Shown: in pieces, positions 17,641-26,666 of the stretch
Position numbering within the stretch: the stretch's first letter is position 1
Layout: each line of letters begins with the position of its first letter
Program-made: the position numbers and the translations under genes
Origin: a virus
Taxonomy: Duplodnaviria; Heunggongvirae; Uroviricota; Caudoviricetes
Length of the DNA stretch: 38,533 nt
IMG/VR virus record: IMGVR_UViG_2531839666_000019
Strand: one strand, 5' to 3'
The notes under the pieces: generated by a model
Seen by the model: the letters and a program-made list of their open reading frames with translations, nothing else
Told to the model about the DNA's origin: nothing
Databases searched by the model: none

Positions 17641-18756
17641 TTACAGGCAGCGTGCGACAGCAGCCTCATAGCTGATGCCTTCTTTTTTGGACAGGGCCAC
17701 TGCTTTCTGATGCAGGGCCAGACGCTCAGGATCGGCTTCCGCAAACTCCGCCACATCCACCTTCACCGTGTCGCCGACACGCTCCTTTGTGGCCTGTTCG
17801 GCGAAATTCATCACCGGCTCCCCGTCGGAGAGCAATGAACGGAAGGCGGTGGCCAGCGGCGTGCGGCTTTCCCCCTCAGCAAACTCCACCGGCTTGTCGC
17901 CACCGGCGACGGCATCCAGCAGGGCAACCACCACGGAGGAGGCGCGGGGAGCCAGACGCCCCTCTGCGACCAGTTTTTCTGCAAAGGCCACATTGTCCTT
18001 ATGCAGTTGCTCCTGTCTGGCCTGTGCATCACGCGCATCGCGATCAGCAGCCTGCTGCTTCAGGCGGCGGTTCTCCTCCTGAAGGGCTTCAATCTCTTCT
18101 TTTGTCATCGATGATTCCTCGTTACTTGCGGAAGACGGCACCTGGCCTGTCTCACTGAATTGTGCACCTGCTGCATCCTGCGACGGTGTGTCGCGGTACG
18201 CCTCTTCGCGCAGATTGTTGAGCTGCCATTCCGGCAGGACTTTTTCTGCTTCGTCCAGACTGAAGCGGGCGATCAGAAAATCGCGCAGCTTTCCCCACAG
18301 GGAGGCATTCGTGATGGCCTGCCAGTCGGCGAACTCCACCACACCTTCCTCCTGCTCACTGAAGGACACCTGTTTCAGCCCCTTGACGGAAGGTGGCTGT
18401 GCCCCGAGAAAGCCCACATGGCGCAGGTAGAGCACGCCGGGCTTCGGATTGGACGGTGAATCCGGGAGGTAGAAAGAGGCGGACACTTTTTTGAATCGTC
18501 CGTCGGTGACCATCTCAGCAAACTGCGGGTCCAACTGGGCAGGCTCTGCCATCAGATCGACGCCGCTGAGCGACAGGGCTTTCACCCAGCCCCACGCCGG
18601 GTCTTCCGTTCTGGGATGACCAATCACGAGTGGTGCTTCATGGACGGACGGGTCATAGGCTTTCACGCAGGCGGCAAGATCGTCTGGCGTGAACGGCAGT
18701 TTTTTGCCGTGCATATCGGTATGAGTACCGGCTTTAAAAATGTGAATGGCTGACAT
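17641..18756 (-). CDS. head protease/scaffold protein (Mu I-like)
   Basis: 371-aa ORF, N-terminus MSAIHIFKAGTHTDMHGKKLPF, charged coiled-coil C-terminal half. Confidence 0.75.
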   Translation of the reverse strand: MSAIHIFKAGTHTDMHGKKLPFTPDDLAACVKAYDPSVHEAPLVIGHPRTEDPAWGWVKALSLSGVDLMAEPAQLDPQFAEMVTDGRFKKVSASFYLPDSPSNPKPGVLYLRHVGFLGAQPPSVKGLKQVSFSEQEEGVVEFADWQAITNASLWGKLRDFLIARFSLDEAEKVLPEWQLNNLREEAYRDTPSQDAAGAQFSETGQVPSSASNEESSMTKEEIEALQEENRRLKQQAADRDARDAQARQEQLHKDNVAFAEKLVAEGRLAPRASSVVVALLDAVAGGDKPVEFAEGESRTPLATAFRSLLSDGEPVMNFAEQATKERVGDTVKVDVAEFAEADPERLALHQKAVALSKKEGISYEAAVARCL

Positions 18757-18880
18757 TTTGCTGTCCCGCGTTATGTTGTCGGAGACAGTTTGTGAGAAAT
18801 GCAGGCCCGGCGATTTTAATCTGCTTTAGAAAACATCAGGGGAGAAGGACAGGGAAAGCAATGCGGTGAACCGGAAGCGG

Positions 18881-18924
18881 TTATAAAACAGAGGCTGTAA
18901 AGCCTTTATAAAGGTAATACAGCC
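18881..18924 (-). terminator. dyad-symmetry element, possible terminator or regulatory site between G-like and I-like genes
   Basis: GGCTGTA...TACAGCC 7-bp stem enclosing the perfect palindrome CCTTTATAAAGG, followed on the minus strand by UCUGUUUUAUAA. Confidence 0.3.
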
Positions 18925-18970
18925 CCTCATTCGCTGGCAATGATAAATCACCCGCCTGAAGAGAGAAAAC

Positions 18971-19429
18971 TCAGCGACGGGCCGCTGATTCAAGATGGCG
19001 GACAATGGTATCGAGGATGGGGATTACCACTTCAGGCTGTAGTTCTCCATCCCCCGTCACCGGCAGGAACGGGCGGGCCGGAAGTTCAACAGACTCATTA
19101 CGCCCCGTTTTACCCCCGAACTGGTGAATGGCACCGTAAACAACGTTGGTCCCCACAACAGCCTGCCGGTCGTCATGGTCGGTTGATACTGACCCCATCA
19201 GACGCCCGGTATCCTGCAGTGTCTGCCCGTCACGTTCTTCCGCTGCCAGCGAGGGCATCCACCCCGGACGCCCCTCATCAAGAAAGTTAAACTGTGTTTC
19301 CGCCAGCAGGGTTCCGGCGATTTTGCGCATCGCGGGCTCCAGGTCTGTGGCAGCAAGATCCAGCGCACGGAGGCTCCGGCGCAGGGATTTATCGTTAATG
19401 GTGATACTGACTAGGTTATCGGAAGCCAT
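18971..19429 (-). CDS. virion morphogenesis protein (Mu G/gp31-like)
   Basis: 152-aa ORF immediately downstream of the F-like gene. Confidence 0.65.
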   Translation of the reverse strand: MASDNLVSITINDKSLRRSLRALDLAATDLEPAMRKIAGTLLAETQFNFLDEGRPGWMPSLAAEERDGQTLQDTGRLMGSVSTDHDDRQAVVGTNVVYGAIHQFGGKTGRNESVELPARPFLPVTGDGELQPEVVIPILDTIVRHLESAARR

Positions 19430-19431
19430 TG

Positions 19432-20220
19432 TTATCCTCTCAGTTCCTGTTGTGCCAGTGGCTGAAACGTACCCTGATAGCGGGCCAGGTCGGGACGGTA
19501 TGCTGCCCCCGGTGCATAAGACCAGCCGACGTCGGTGGTCACCTTCGTGGTGCCGGTATTAAAGGTGGCCACGTTCCGCATTTCGCCGGTTTTCTCTGAG
19601 ACCAGTTTCAGTTCCTGGCCCATGACAGAGCCGGAGCTGATAACCTTCAGGCCACGGGCACGTACATCCGCCGCACTCAGGGCAATCACACTACAGCGGC
19701 AGCGCCAGCCGTTCGGCGGGTAAAATGCCTGCCAGAACGGGTCATCCCAGCGCAGCACCAGACCATGCAGCGCCAGATGGCTCCTGCGGGTATGGCTGTC
19801 GTTGATGCCGGTATACATCCAGTACGGCCTGTCGTCGACGTTTTCCATCTGCTCCGCCCAACGACCGGCGCTGTAGAGTACGGACATATTGGTGCGAAAG
19901 ATGGTATCGAGCCGCCACGGACTGCCCTGCTGAATGGTGACCGGCTCACCCGTTACCGGGTCAGTCGTGTCACGTGGTCCCCACCATCCCTTACGCTTCA
20001 GCACCGGCTCCAGCGCCTGCCGGAACCAGCGATCGGTTTTTCCTTCATCGACAGCCTGCTGCAGTGCCCCGCGAATATCTTCCAGGATATCCAGGCGGGT
20101 CACTTTAGCGACGGTAAAGGCGCGGGCATGGGCTTCCTGCCACATCTCCTCCCAGTCCCAGGTAATCTGATACCCTTTGGACTTCAGGTAGCTGACTGCC
20201 CGCTTCGGGGGAAGCGTCAT
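19432..20220 (-). CDS. head morphogenesis protein (Mu F/gp30-like)
   Basis: Start trimmed to the ATG at 20220 (MTLPPKRAVSYLKSKGY), 13 bp after the portal stop. Confidence 0.75.
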   Translation of the reverse strand: MTLPPKRAVSYLKSKGYQITWDWEEMWQEAHARAFTVAKVTRLDILEDIRGALQQAVDEGKTDRWFRQALEPVLKRKGWWGPRDTTDPVTGEPVTIQQGSPWRLDTIFRTNMSVLYSAGRWAEQMENVDDRPYWMYTGINDSHTRRSHLALHGLVLRWDDPFWQAFYPPNGWRCRCSVIALSAADVRARGLKVISSGSVMGQELKLVSEKTGEMRNVATFNTGTTKVTTDVGWSYAPGAAYRPDLARYQGTFQPLAQQELRG

Positions 20221-20233
20221 GCAGTACGCCAGT

Positions 20234-21727
20234 TCAGCCGTTGTCACGCTCATGCAGACGCCCCCAGATATTTGCCACAAAGAGAATGCGGGCCAGCCGC
20301 TCCTGCAGATCGTCCGTGTTCATCTGAGGGTAGAGCTCCGCCAGTTCGCCCAGCAGCTCAGACGGGTTAACCCCGTTTTCGACCCGCCTGAACAGAGGTG
20401 CCAGGACGGGTTCCAGCGTGCCATTTAACACACCTCCGTTCATCAGAATGTCCAGCGCGTCGTCAAGCTGCTGTTGTGCATCATGATCGGCGCTTATCGC
20501 CTCGGCAAACTCCGCAGGCACTGCCCCGTCCGCAACCGGTGCATCAGAGAGGTCAATATCCCCCTCCTGCAGCTGGTACTCCCGCATGAAGTACTGCGGG
20601 GTCAGGCGTAGTCCCGCGCGGGTGAGTTTTTCGTCGCGGGTGGCACGGGTGTCATCAATGGCCTCCTGTTCCCACATGGCCCAGACCGGACACGGCACAT
20701 CGCCGAAGTTCAGGGTGACCACCGTTCTGATGACCTGATTCACTGCCGCCTGAATGATGTCCGCATCCGCATCGCGGATATCAGCCGTCACCTCCAGCCC
20801 GGCCTGTGCAGAGGCCTTGTTACTGTTCGCTTCCGTGGTCTGATTCTGACCGAGTAATGCAATGGAGATCTCACTGCGTGACAGCGTGATCAGCTCGCGG
20901 AATACCTCGCTGCTGTCCGCCTTGCCATCCGCGGCTTTGAGTTCAATGCTGCTGTCATCGGGGATGGCGGCCACAGCGTCCTCCACCATCTGCTCCATGG
21001 AGTCCAGCAGTTTTTCAATCTCTGCATCATTTGCACCCCTCGGGTGCTTACCGATCACCCACGGGGAGCCAAACTTTTCGGCAAAGCGGAGCCAGAATTT
21101 CATCCCGCCTTTCTTGAAGGCGACCGGCCAGAAGCACATGGACAGGTCCGGGAAACCGTAAGGATTGTCATACGAGGCATCCTGTGCCGGCACCACGAAT
21201 TTTGACGGTGACAGCAGCTCACCCTCCACACCCGCATCACGCGCCCGGAAGCGCAGGCAGTTGTCCGTATCAAACTGAAACCACTCAGGCGGTTTGCCGA
21301 CAATATCCGTCACCGCCCACGCCCTGACCGAACGGCCCCACATGATTTCACAGGGCTGATACCCGTAGAGCACGGCATCGCTCATCTCACCGATGATGCG
21401 GGACAGATCCAGATCGTCGAGCATGTCGCGGATGAAACGGAAGACCCGGGCAGAAGCGTGACCGCGCTCCAGTCCACGCTCCAGCGATTTGAGCGCTGCT
21501 TTACGTCTGCGGATACAGCCTCCGACCAGCGGGTCGGTGCGCAGTTCGCGGTAGATACGGATATCCCGTCCCTGAGCCTTGAGAATGGGATCAGGATTGG
21601 GCAGATACATGCCCAGTCCGTAAAAGTCGATCGCGCGGCTGCGGGAGGCAATCTGCGCGGTCAGTGATTTCTGAGGCTCAGAAAAAGCAACAAATTCATC
21701 GGGTGAAACCCAGATACCCCTCGCCAT
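20234..21727 (-). CDS. portal protein (Mu gp29-like, DUF935-like)
   Basis: 497-aa ORF directly after the terminase large subunit, typical size. Confidence 0.8.
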   Translation of the reverse strand: MARGIWVSPDEFVAFSEPQKSLTAQIASRSRAIDFYGLGMYLPNPDPILKAQGRDIRIYRELRTDPLVGGCIRRRKAALKSLERGLERGHASARVFRFIRDMLDDLDLSRIIGEMSDAVLYGYQPCEIMWGRSVRAWAVTDIVGKPPEWFQFDTDNCLRFRARDAGVEGELLSPSKFVVPAQDASYDNPYGFPDLSMCFWPVAFKKGGMKFWLRFAEKFGSPWVIGKHPRGANDAEIEKLLDSMEQMVEDAVAAIPDDSSIELKAADGKADSSEVFRELITLSRSEISIALLGQNQTTEANSNKASAQAGLEVTADIRDADADIIQAAVNQVIRTVVTLNFGDVPCPVWAMWEQEAIDDTRATRDEKLTRAGLRLTPQYFMREYQLQEGDIDLSDAPVADGAVPAEFAEAISADHDAQQQLDDALDILMNGGVLNGTLEPVLAPLFRRVENGVNPSELLGELAELYPQMNTDDLQERLARILFVANIWGRLHERDNG

Positions 21728-23321
21728 CAGAATCCCTCCAGCATACGGGCCGCCTGACGACGACGGCGTGAGCTTGCCTTCACCGGCCCTTTGTTAATTT
21801 CACGGCTGGCGAAATACGCCAGCGCCAGTGCGATGGCTGAATCCCCGTGGCGTTTACCACCGTCAGCCTTTGCTTTTGAGCGTTGCTCCGGTACGCGGGG
21901 GACACCGTTCACCACCTGAACGGCCCGCAGGTCATCCAGTGTGTCTTCATCCTTTGGTAAGTCCACCAGGTTACCGTCTTCCAGTGCAGCTTTGACCGGA
22001 GGCATATGCTCCCTGTACCAGCCTTCGGTTGGCATCACCTGCTGAATCCGGCTGGAGCCGTAGCGCTGCATGGCGTATTCAGCCAGATAGGCACCATTAC
22101 CACGGGCATCAAACGCTGCACCCAGCAGACCGGGCAGGCCATCCATCAGATACCAGGTGATTTGCTCCTGCTGTCTGAACGGCACGTTACGCAGCTCCAG
22201 TACGAATGGCACGCGTCGTACCAGGTTCTTCTCCTGCAGCAGGGGATAGTCCACCGACAAATCACCGCTACGGCCAAAGTCGCGCCCCAGGAAAGAGCGG
22301 GCATCAGTGGGGAGTGCCTCCAGCAATGGTTTCAGATACTCATCAAGCCAGTCCTGCGTCTCGCGGAAGCGAACCTCATCAGACAGCAGTTCATAACCTT
22401 CCTTGCAGGTCAGACGCAATACCGGCGTATCAGCGGACATGCGGGACTCTATCAGGGCACGGGACAGCCAGGCACCGCCACCGTTGGCCGGAATACAGTC
22501 AAGCTCTTCGGATGCGCCGGCACCGTAGAATTTGTACACCGATGCCATCCAGGCCTGCTCGGAGGCCTCCGACCATTCCTTCCCGGTGCGCAGACAGACG
22601 CGCCGGAACAGCCCCTCAGATACGGCTTCCCGGAAAGTGATGCGATGTATGCTGCCTCCCTGACGTCCGGCACGGATATCCCCGATAAGCGTATTGAACG
22701 GATTGTCGTCACCGTTATGGGTGGAGATAACGTGTACCTTCCCCCCCAGATAAGCATCGCCAGCGCCGCTTTCAGCAGTTCGTCCAGTTGCTCATGGAAC
22801 GCCGCTTCGTCGATAACAATAATACCCTGACGGCCACGCAGGTTAGACGGGCGGCTGGAGAGCGCAACAATACGAAAGCCGGAGTCAGGAAATTTGATGG
22901 TGTAAGTCCTGATGTGTTTGTCGTCGTCGTCCTCTTCCCAGAATCCTTCTTCAATTTCACTGGCCGCATAGTTGAATGCCCGTGCCCACATCGCACACGC
23001 CTGAATGTATTCGACGGTCATGTCTTGGTTATAAGCGATGTAATACACATTCATCCCGCCTGCTGGCGCAGAAGAGGCGGCGGTCAGTACGTTATCGGAT
23101 GCCTCAGCCCATGTAATACCGGTACGACGGCTCTTTTCTATCACCTTAAGCGGAGAGGTGTCTGCCACCCAGCGCTGCTGGTAAGGCAACAGAACGGGAG
23201 GGGCATCCAGCGCCGAGGTATCAGGCAAAACGGGAGCAAGGTTATTCCTCCCGTCCATGGGACTCATCCCTTCGGGGCCGCCGCCAGCGGCGTTTAAAAT
23301 CACTCCGGATGATTTTGTCAT
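21727..23321 (-). CDS. terminase large subunit (Mu gp28-like), frame broken at a G7 run (plus-strand C7 at 22741-22747)
   Basis: Two overlapping ORFs (22452-23321 and 21727-22548); adding one G to the run gives a continuous protein of about 531 aa through WGGKVHVISTHNGDDNPFNTLIGDIRAGRQGGSIHRITF. Confidence 0.8.
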
Positions 23322-23863
23322 GTGGCAATCCCCAGAATCTCGCGACGAAGCGCCTGTACTGCGTCGCTTGACAGTCCGCCCTTACGGGCAATTTTCTCTG
23401 CGTTGCTGGCTGCCTGCTGCGCTCTGGCCCGCACTTCAGACTGGAACTTTTTGAGGTTGACGGACGCGCGTGACAGCGTAGCCACATTCTTCGCCACCTT
23501 CGACAGCAGGGCCACGCGTTCTTTAGGATCGACTTCGCCTTCTTCCGCCTCCTGCAACTGGACAATACTCTCGAACAGCTCGGTCTGAATAAGGGCTATC
23601 ACAGCCTCCGAACGCGCATCCTGATCGTCTGCTGCGCCTTCGGTCAGCATGCGGGCCGCTTCTGTCGCCGCACGGATAGCACCATAGCGGCGCTCAATCT
23701 TCTGTCCATAGCGATGGATAGCGGATTTGCTGATGACGTATCCCCGCTCACGCAGCAGGGACTCCAGCTCGTTATACCCGCTGAAGCCGGATTCAGTCAG
23801 CGCCCGTTCAAGCCAGCGGCGCACGTCTTCCGGCAGCTTTTCTATTGTGCTGCGTCTGGCCAT
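23318..23863 (-). CDS. terminase small subunit-like protein (Mu gp27-like, DUF3486-like)
   Basis: 181-aa ORF immediately upstream of the large subunit, with a 4-bp overlap. Confidence 0.6.
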   Translation of the reverse strand: MARRSTIEKLPEDVRRWLERALTESGFSGYNELESLLRERGYVISKSAIHRYGQKIERRYGAIRAATEAARMLTEGAADDQDARSEAVIALIQTELFESIVQLQEAEEGEVDPKERVALLSKVAKNVATLSRASVNLKKFQSEVRARAQQAASNAEKIARKGGLSSDAVQALRREILGIAT

Positions 23864-24174
23864 TATTCACTCCAGTACTTTTCCGGGCGGGCAATACCCG
23901 GACCACATTCCACGGTGTATTCCACCAGGTCTACGCCGAGGCGGGTCAGGTCAGCAAACCAGTCACCAGAAGGTTTTTTCTCCAGCTCAACCATTTTTCG
24001 GTCAGCCAGATAATCCAGTTCGCGGCGCAGCTCCAGCGGTGTGGTGTCCGGGTAGATGGCACGGGACACATCCAGCAGCAGCGTCTCGCTGGCGGTGTAA
24101 GGGCGGGTCTTGTTCAGGGCAACCAGCAGACTCCAGCGCAGGGATTCGCGGCGTACTCGGGTAATATCGACCAT
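23863..24174 (-). CDS. hypothetical protein (Mu gp26-like position)
   Basis: 103-aa ORF in the operon. Confidence 0.45.
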   Translation of the reverse strand: MVDITRVRRESLRWSLLVALNKTRPYTASETLLLDVSRAIYPDTTPLELRRELDYLADRKMVELEKKPSGDWFADLTRLGVDLVEYTVECGPGIARPEKYWSE

Positions 24175-24500
24175 TATTGACCTCCGGTATTGCGGTACTG
24201 CTGTACCACTTCCAGTTTGTTATAAAGCGCGTCCAGTTTGGCCTCAATGACTGTCTGGCCACGGATATAATCCTCTCGACGGACATAATTCAGCGGTAAA
24301 TCCGCTTTAAATCGCATAAATTCTTTTTCCAGCTCGCCCCAGTTGGAGGCGGATTGTTGCAGGGCCTGTTCAAGGGAGGCGAATCGTGCCGCCTGGCGTT
24401 CTTCTGTTTTACTGAACAACCATTTGGCGAGCCCTCCCACAAACCCCATGAAGGTGAGCAGAAAACTCACCACCGTCCAGAATTCAACCTGCAGTGTCAT
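24174..24500 (-). CDS. small membrane protein with N-terminal transmembrane helix (lysis-associated position)
   Basis: 108-aa ORF; hydrophobic stretch FWTVVSFLLTFMGFVGGLA. Confidence 0.5.
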   Translation of the reverse strand: MTLQVEFWTVVSFLLTFMGFVGGLAKWLFSKTEERQAARFASLEQALQQSASNWGELEKEFMRFKADLPLNYVRREDYIRGQTVIEAKLDALYNKLEVVQQYRNTGGQ

Positions 24501-25147
24501 TTCTGTAATCCTTCCCGTTCATCCAGCAGCGCGTTTATCTGGTTCCGCCAGCGACGACATTGCCATGCGTTGTCGATGATGTTGGCGAGAACGTCACGCT
24601 GGGAGACACCCGAATCGCGTAACCGGGTGTCAGTGGTTTCAGGTTGCCCGGTCGCTGTGCCAGAGCGGGTGCCAGTGGCGGCAACTGAGTCTGAATGACC
24701 GGTGTCGACGGATGCGTTGTCATATCCGAGTGCGGCGTTGTACTGGCGCACGAAACCGCGAGTAAACACGCACTCAATGGGATGACTCTTACCTTTTTCA
24801 TCAATCCAGCGCTGTGTGACATCGTTAATTTGCCCCTGTAGTTGTTTGTTCCGGCTCTCCAGTTGAGCAATCTGCTCAAGATAACCGGCTTCAGCCCGCT
24901 GCCCGGCGGCCACCTGCTCCTGATACCGTCTGGCCCAAGCCCGCAGCGCAGCATTCTCAAGCGTTGCCTGCGCCGTTTTGTACGCGTCAAATGCTGACTG
25001 CAACTGACTGAGCGCGGTATTACCGTCACGCTTTGCAGAGTCATGACCACTTCTGTATCCCATGGCATACAGGCCGATCAGAAAGGCATTGATAAGAATG
25101 GCCAGCAGAATGCCGCGCCACGGCAGCTTTTTAACCAGATGCCACAC
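24497..25147 (-). CDS. i-spanin (Rz-like); start uncertain
   Basis: N-terminal TM helix ILLAILINAFLIGLYAMGY followed by a coiled-coil periplasmic domain; proposed GTG start at 25147, the ORF-track start 25249 would overlap the endolysin by about 120 bp. Confidence 0.6.
   Translation of the reverse strand: MWHLVKKLPWRGILLAILINAFLIGLYAMGYRSGHDSAKRDGNTALSQLQSAFDAYKTAQATLENAALRAWARRYQEQVAAGQRAEAGYLEQIAQLESRNKQLQGQINDVTQRWIDEKGKSHPIECVFTRGFVRQYNAALGYDNASVDTGHSDSVAATGTRSGTATGQPETTDTRLRDSGVSQRDVLANIIDNAWQCRRWRNQINALLDEREGLQK
24535..24801 (-). CDS. o-spanin (Rz1-like lipoprotein) embedded in the +1 frame of the i-spanin gene
   Basis: MKKVRVIPLSACLLAVSCAS lipobox-type signal followed by a Pro-rich segment; fully nested within the i-spanin gene. 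Confidence 0.65.
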   Translation of the reverse strand: MKKVRVIPLSACLLAVSCASTTPHSDMTTHPSTPVIQTQLPPLAPALAQRPGNLKPLTPGYAIRVSPSVTFSPTSSTTHGNVVAGGTR

Positions 25148-25865
25148 AACTGCTGCCTCCCCATGTGAGATATCGCGGTGCCAGTTCGCGCAGGATGCGC
25201 TGCGGATAATGGCGGTTCTCCCGCCAGCTGGCCGCATTGCGTCCGGCATTCACCGTGGCGACATGTCCGAACCAGCGGGTGCTGTCCAGACCTTTCTGTG
25301 ATGCAAGCCGCCTGTCCCGTTGTACCCAGCCCAGACCACCGTTATAGCCTGACAGTGTCATGGCCATACGCTCGCAGTCGTTGGCGGCGCTGACGCGCTG
25401 CCACAGCCAGCGGTCATAGCTGACCAGCGCCCGGATGGCCCATGCCGGATTAAACGGCTCACGGCTGTTAAGTCCCGGCATCAGCTGACTTATCCAGTCG
25501 GCAGTGGCAGGCATGAACTGCGCCAGTCCCTGAGCACCAGCCGGCGAGACCGCATCAGGTCGCCAGCCGCTTTCCTGATGCAGTTGCGCGGCGAAATCTG
25601 CCACCGGCGCAGACAGTCCCCATTCAAGCCGGGCATTACGGATCACATCATCGCGATACTGCAGCGCAGCCTGCGGAGGCTGCGCTGCGCGGGCCTGACT
25701 GAAGAAGCCACCACACCAGAGCAGCCAGACAATCACCAGGTTGCCAGCAAGCTGCCACCAGAAGCTGTATTTATCGTTACGTGGTTCGCCGTGTCTGATG
25801 GCGGTTACGCCCAGACCAAAGGCGAACAGAATAATGAGGGTGATTTGAGGCCAGTTCATGGTCAC
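25131..25865 (-). CDS. endolysin, lytic transglycosylase (SLT domain) with N-terminal signal-anchor-like helix
   Basis: Motif AQLHQESGWRPDAVSPAGAQGLAQFMP (catalytic Glu-Ser); N-terminal hydrophobic ITLIILFAFGLGVTAI. Confidence 0.8.
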   Translation of the reverse strand: MTMNWPQITLIILFAFGLGVTAIRHGEPRNDKYSFWWQLAGNLVIVWLLWCGGFFSQARAAQPPQAALQYRDDVIRNARLEWGLSAPVADFAAQLHQESGWRPDAVSPAGAQGLAQFMPATADWISQLMPGLNSREPFNPAWAIRALVSYDRWLWQRVSAANDCERMAMTLSGYNGGLGWVQRDRRLASQKGLDSTRWFGHVATVNAGRNAASWRENRHYPQRILRELAPRYLTWGGSSCVASG

Positions 25866-26212
25866 AGTCCTGTTGCCACAGCCAGACAGACCGCTGCAAC
25901 AATCAGTGCACGGCGGATTAACGCAGCAGAAAATACAAGGTGAAGGCCGGTCTGCACAGGGAAACGCCCTTCAGCCATCAGCCTGTCTTCATGTTTCAGG
26001 TACTGACCGGGACGGGCTTTGGGGAAGAGCGAACGGTCAAGCCAGTAACCCAGCACTGCTGCCAGCGTGATGAGTGCCAGCTTGTAGATCACAACAGGCA
26101 ACTGCTGTGGCGAGACCAGAGCGATGGTGCCCAGCAACAGCACTGAGGTCAGCAGCCAGCCGCTGAGGCGAGGTTTTTTAACAGGGGGAATGAATTTTTT
26201 CAGGCTTTTCAT
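25862..26212 (-). CDS. holin-like membrane protein
   Basis: Three predicted TM helices; start trimmed to the ATG at 26212, which is preceded by AAGGAGA; ATGA overlap with the endolysin start. Confidence 0.6.
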   Translation of the reverse strand: MKSLKKFIPPVKKPRLSGWLLTSVLLLGTIALVSPQQLPVVIYKLALITLAAVLGYWLDRSLFPKARPGQYLKHEDRLMAEGRFPVQTGLHLVFSAALIRRALIVAAVCLAVATGL

Positions 26213-26342
26213 GTGTGTCTCCTTGTTTGGTGGAGACAGCATCACAAATGTGGCGGGATACGGATTTTAAAGCGCGTTATAAGTGTTCGCAGAGGGAAGC
26301 GACCAGAATGGTCGCACACAAAACATAGGGGAGGCAAGCACA

Positions 26343-26666
26343 ATGACTGAACCGAAACAGTCTGGTATTAAAAAAGGGTTCCTCTTTGGGAGCAGAATCG
26401 GAGAGCAGAATAAAACTTACACGCTAAGCTTGGATGCATGTTGTCCAACCGAAGCGATTATAGAGCTGAAAAACGTTCTGGTTGCACTTGAAGAGAGAAG
26501 AAGTCATTTCGCCAGCGGAGAAAACAACGTCATGCTAATTGGCGATGTGGCGGCGACATCACGATATAAAACCGCACCTAATCCTGCGATTCAGTTATCC
26601 TTCGACCAACGAATACTGGAAGCGGAATCAGCAGTTCCCAGAACGGTTCGTCCTCACCAGTCTTAA
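26343..26666 (+). CDS. hypothetical protein
   Basis: 107-aa ORF from the ATG at 26343, preceded by GGGGAGG; divergent from the late operon; overlaps the 3' end of the 26578-27153 gene, so one of the two may be shorter or spurious. Confidence 0.35.
   Translation: MTEPKQSGIKKGFLFGSRIGEQNKTYTLSLDACCPTEAIIELKNVLVALEERRSHFASGENNVMLIGDVAATSRYKTAPNPAIQLSFDQRILEAESAVPRTVRPHQS

Noticed and set aside
19765-20370. 201-aa plus-strand ORF
   Set aside because: Antisense to the F-like and portal genes.
22006-22830. 274-aa plus-strand ORF
   Set aside because: Antisense to the terminase gene in a GC-rich region; typical spurious long ORF.
21727-23321. Programmed minus-one ribosomal frameshift in the terminase at G-GGG-GGA
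   Set aside because: The heptamer formally fits, but terminase large subunits are not known to need recoding, and two other homopolymer frame breaks in the same element make an indel more parsimonious. Kept as a finding only for verification.
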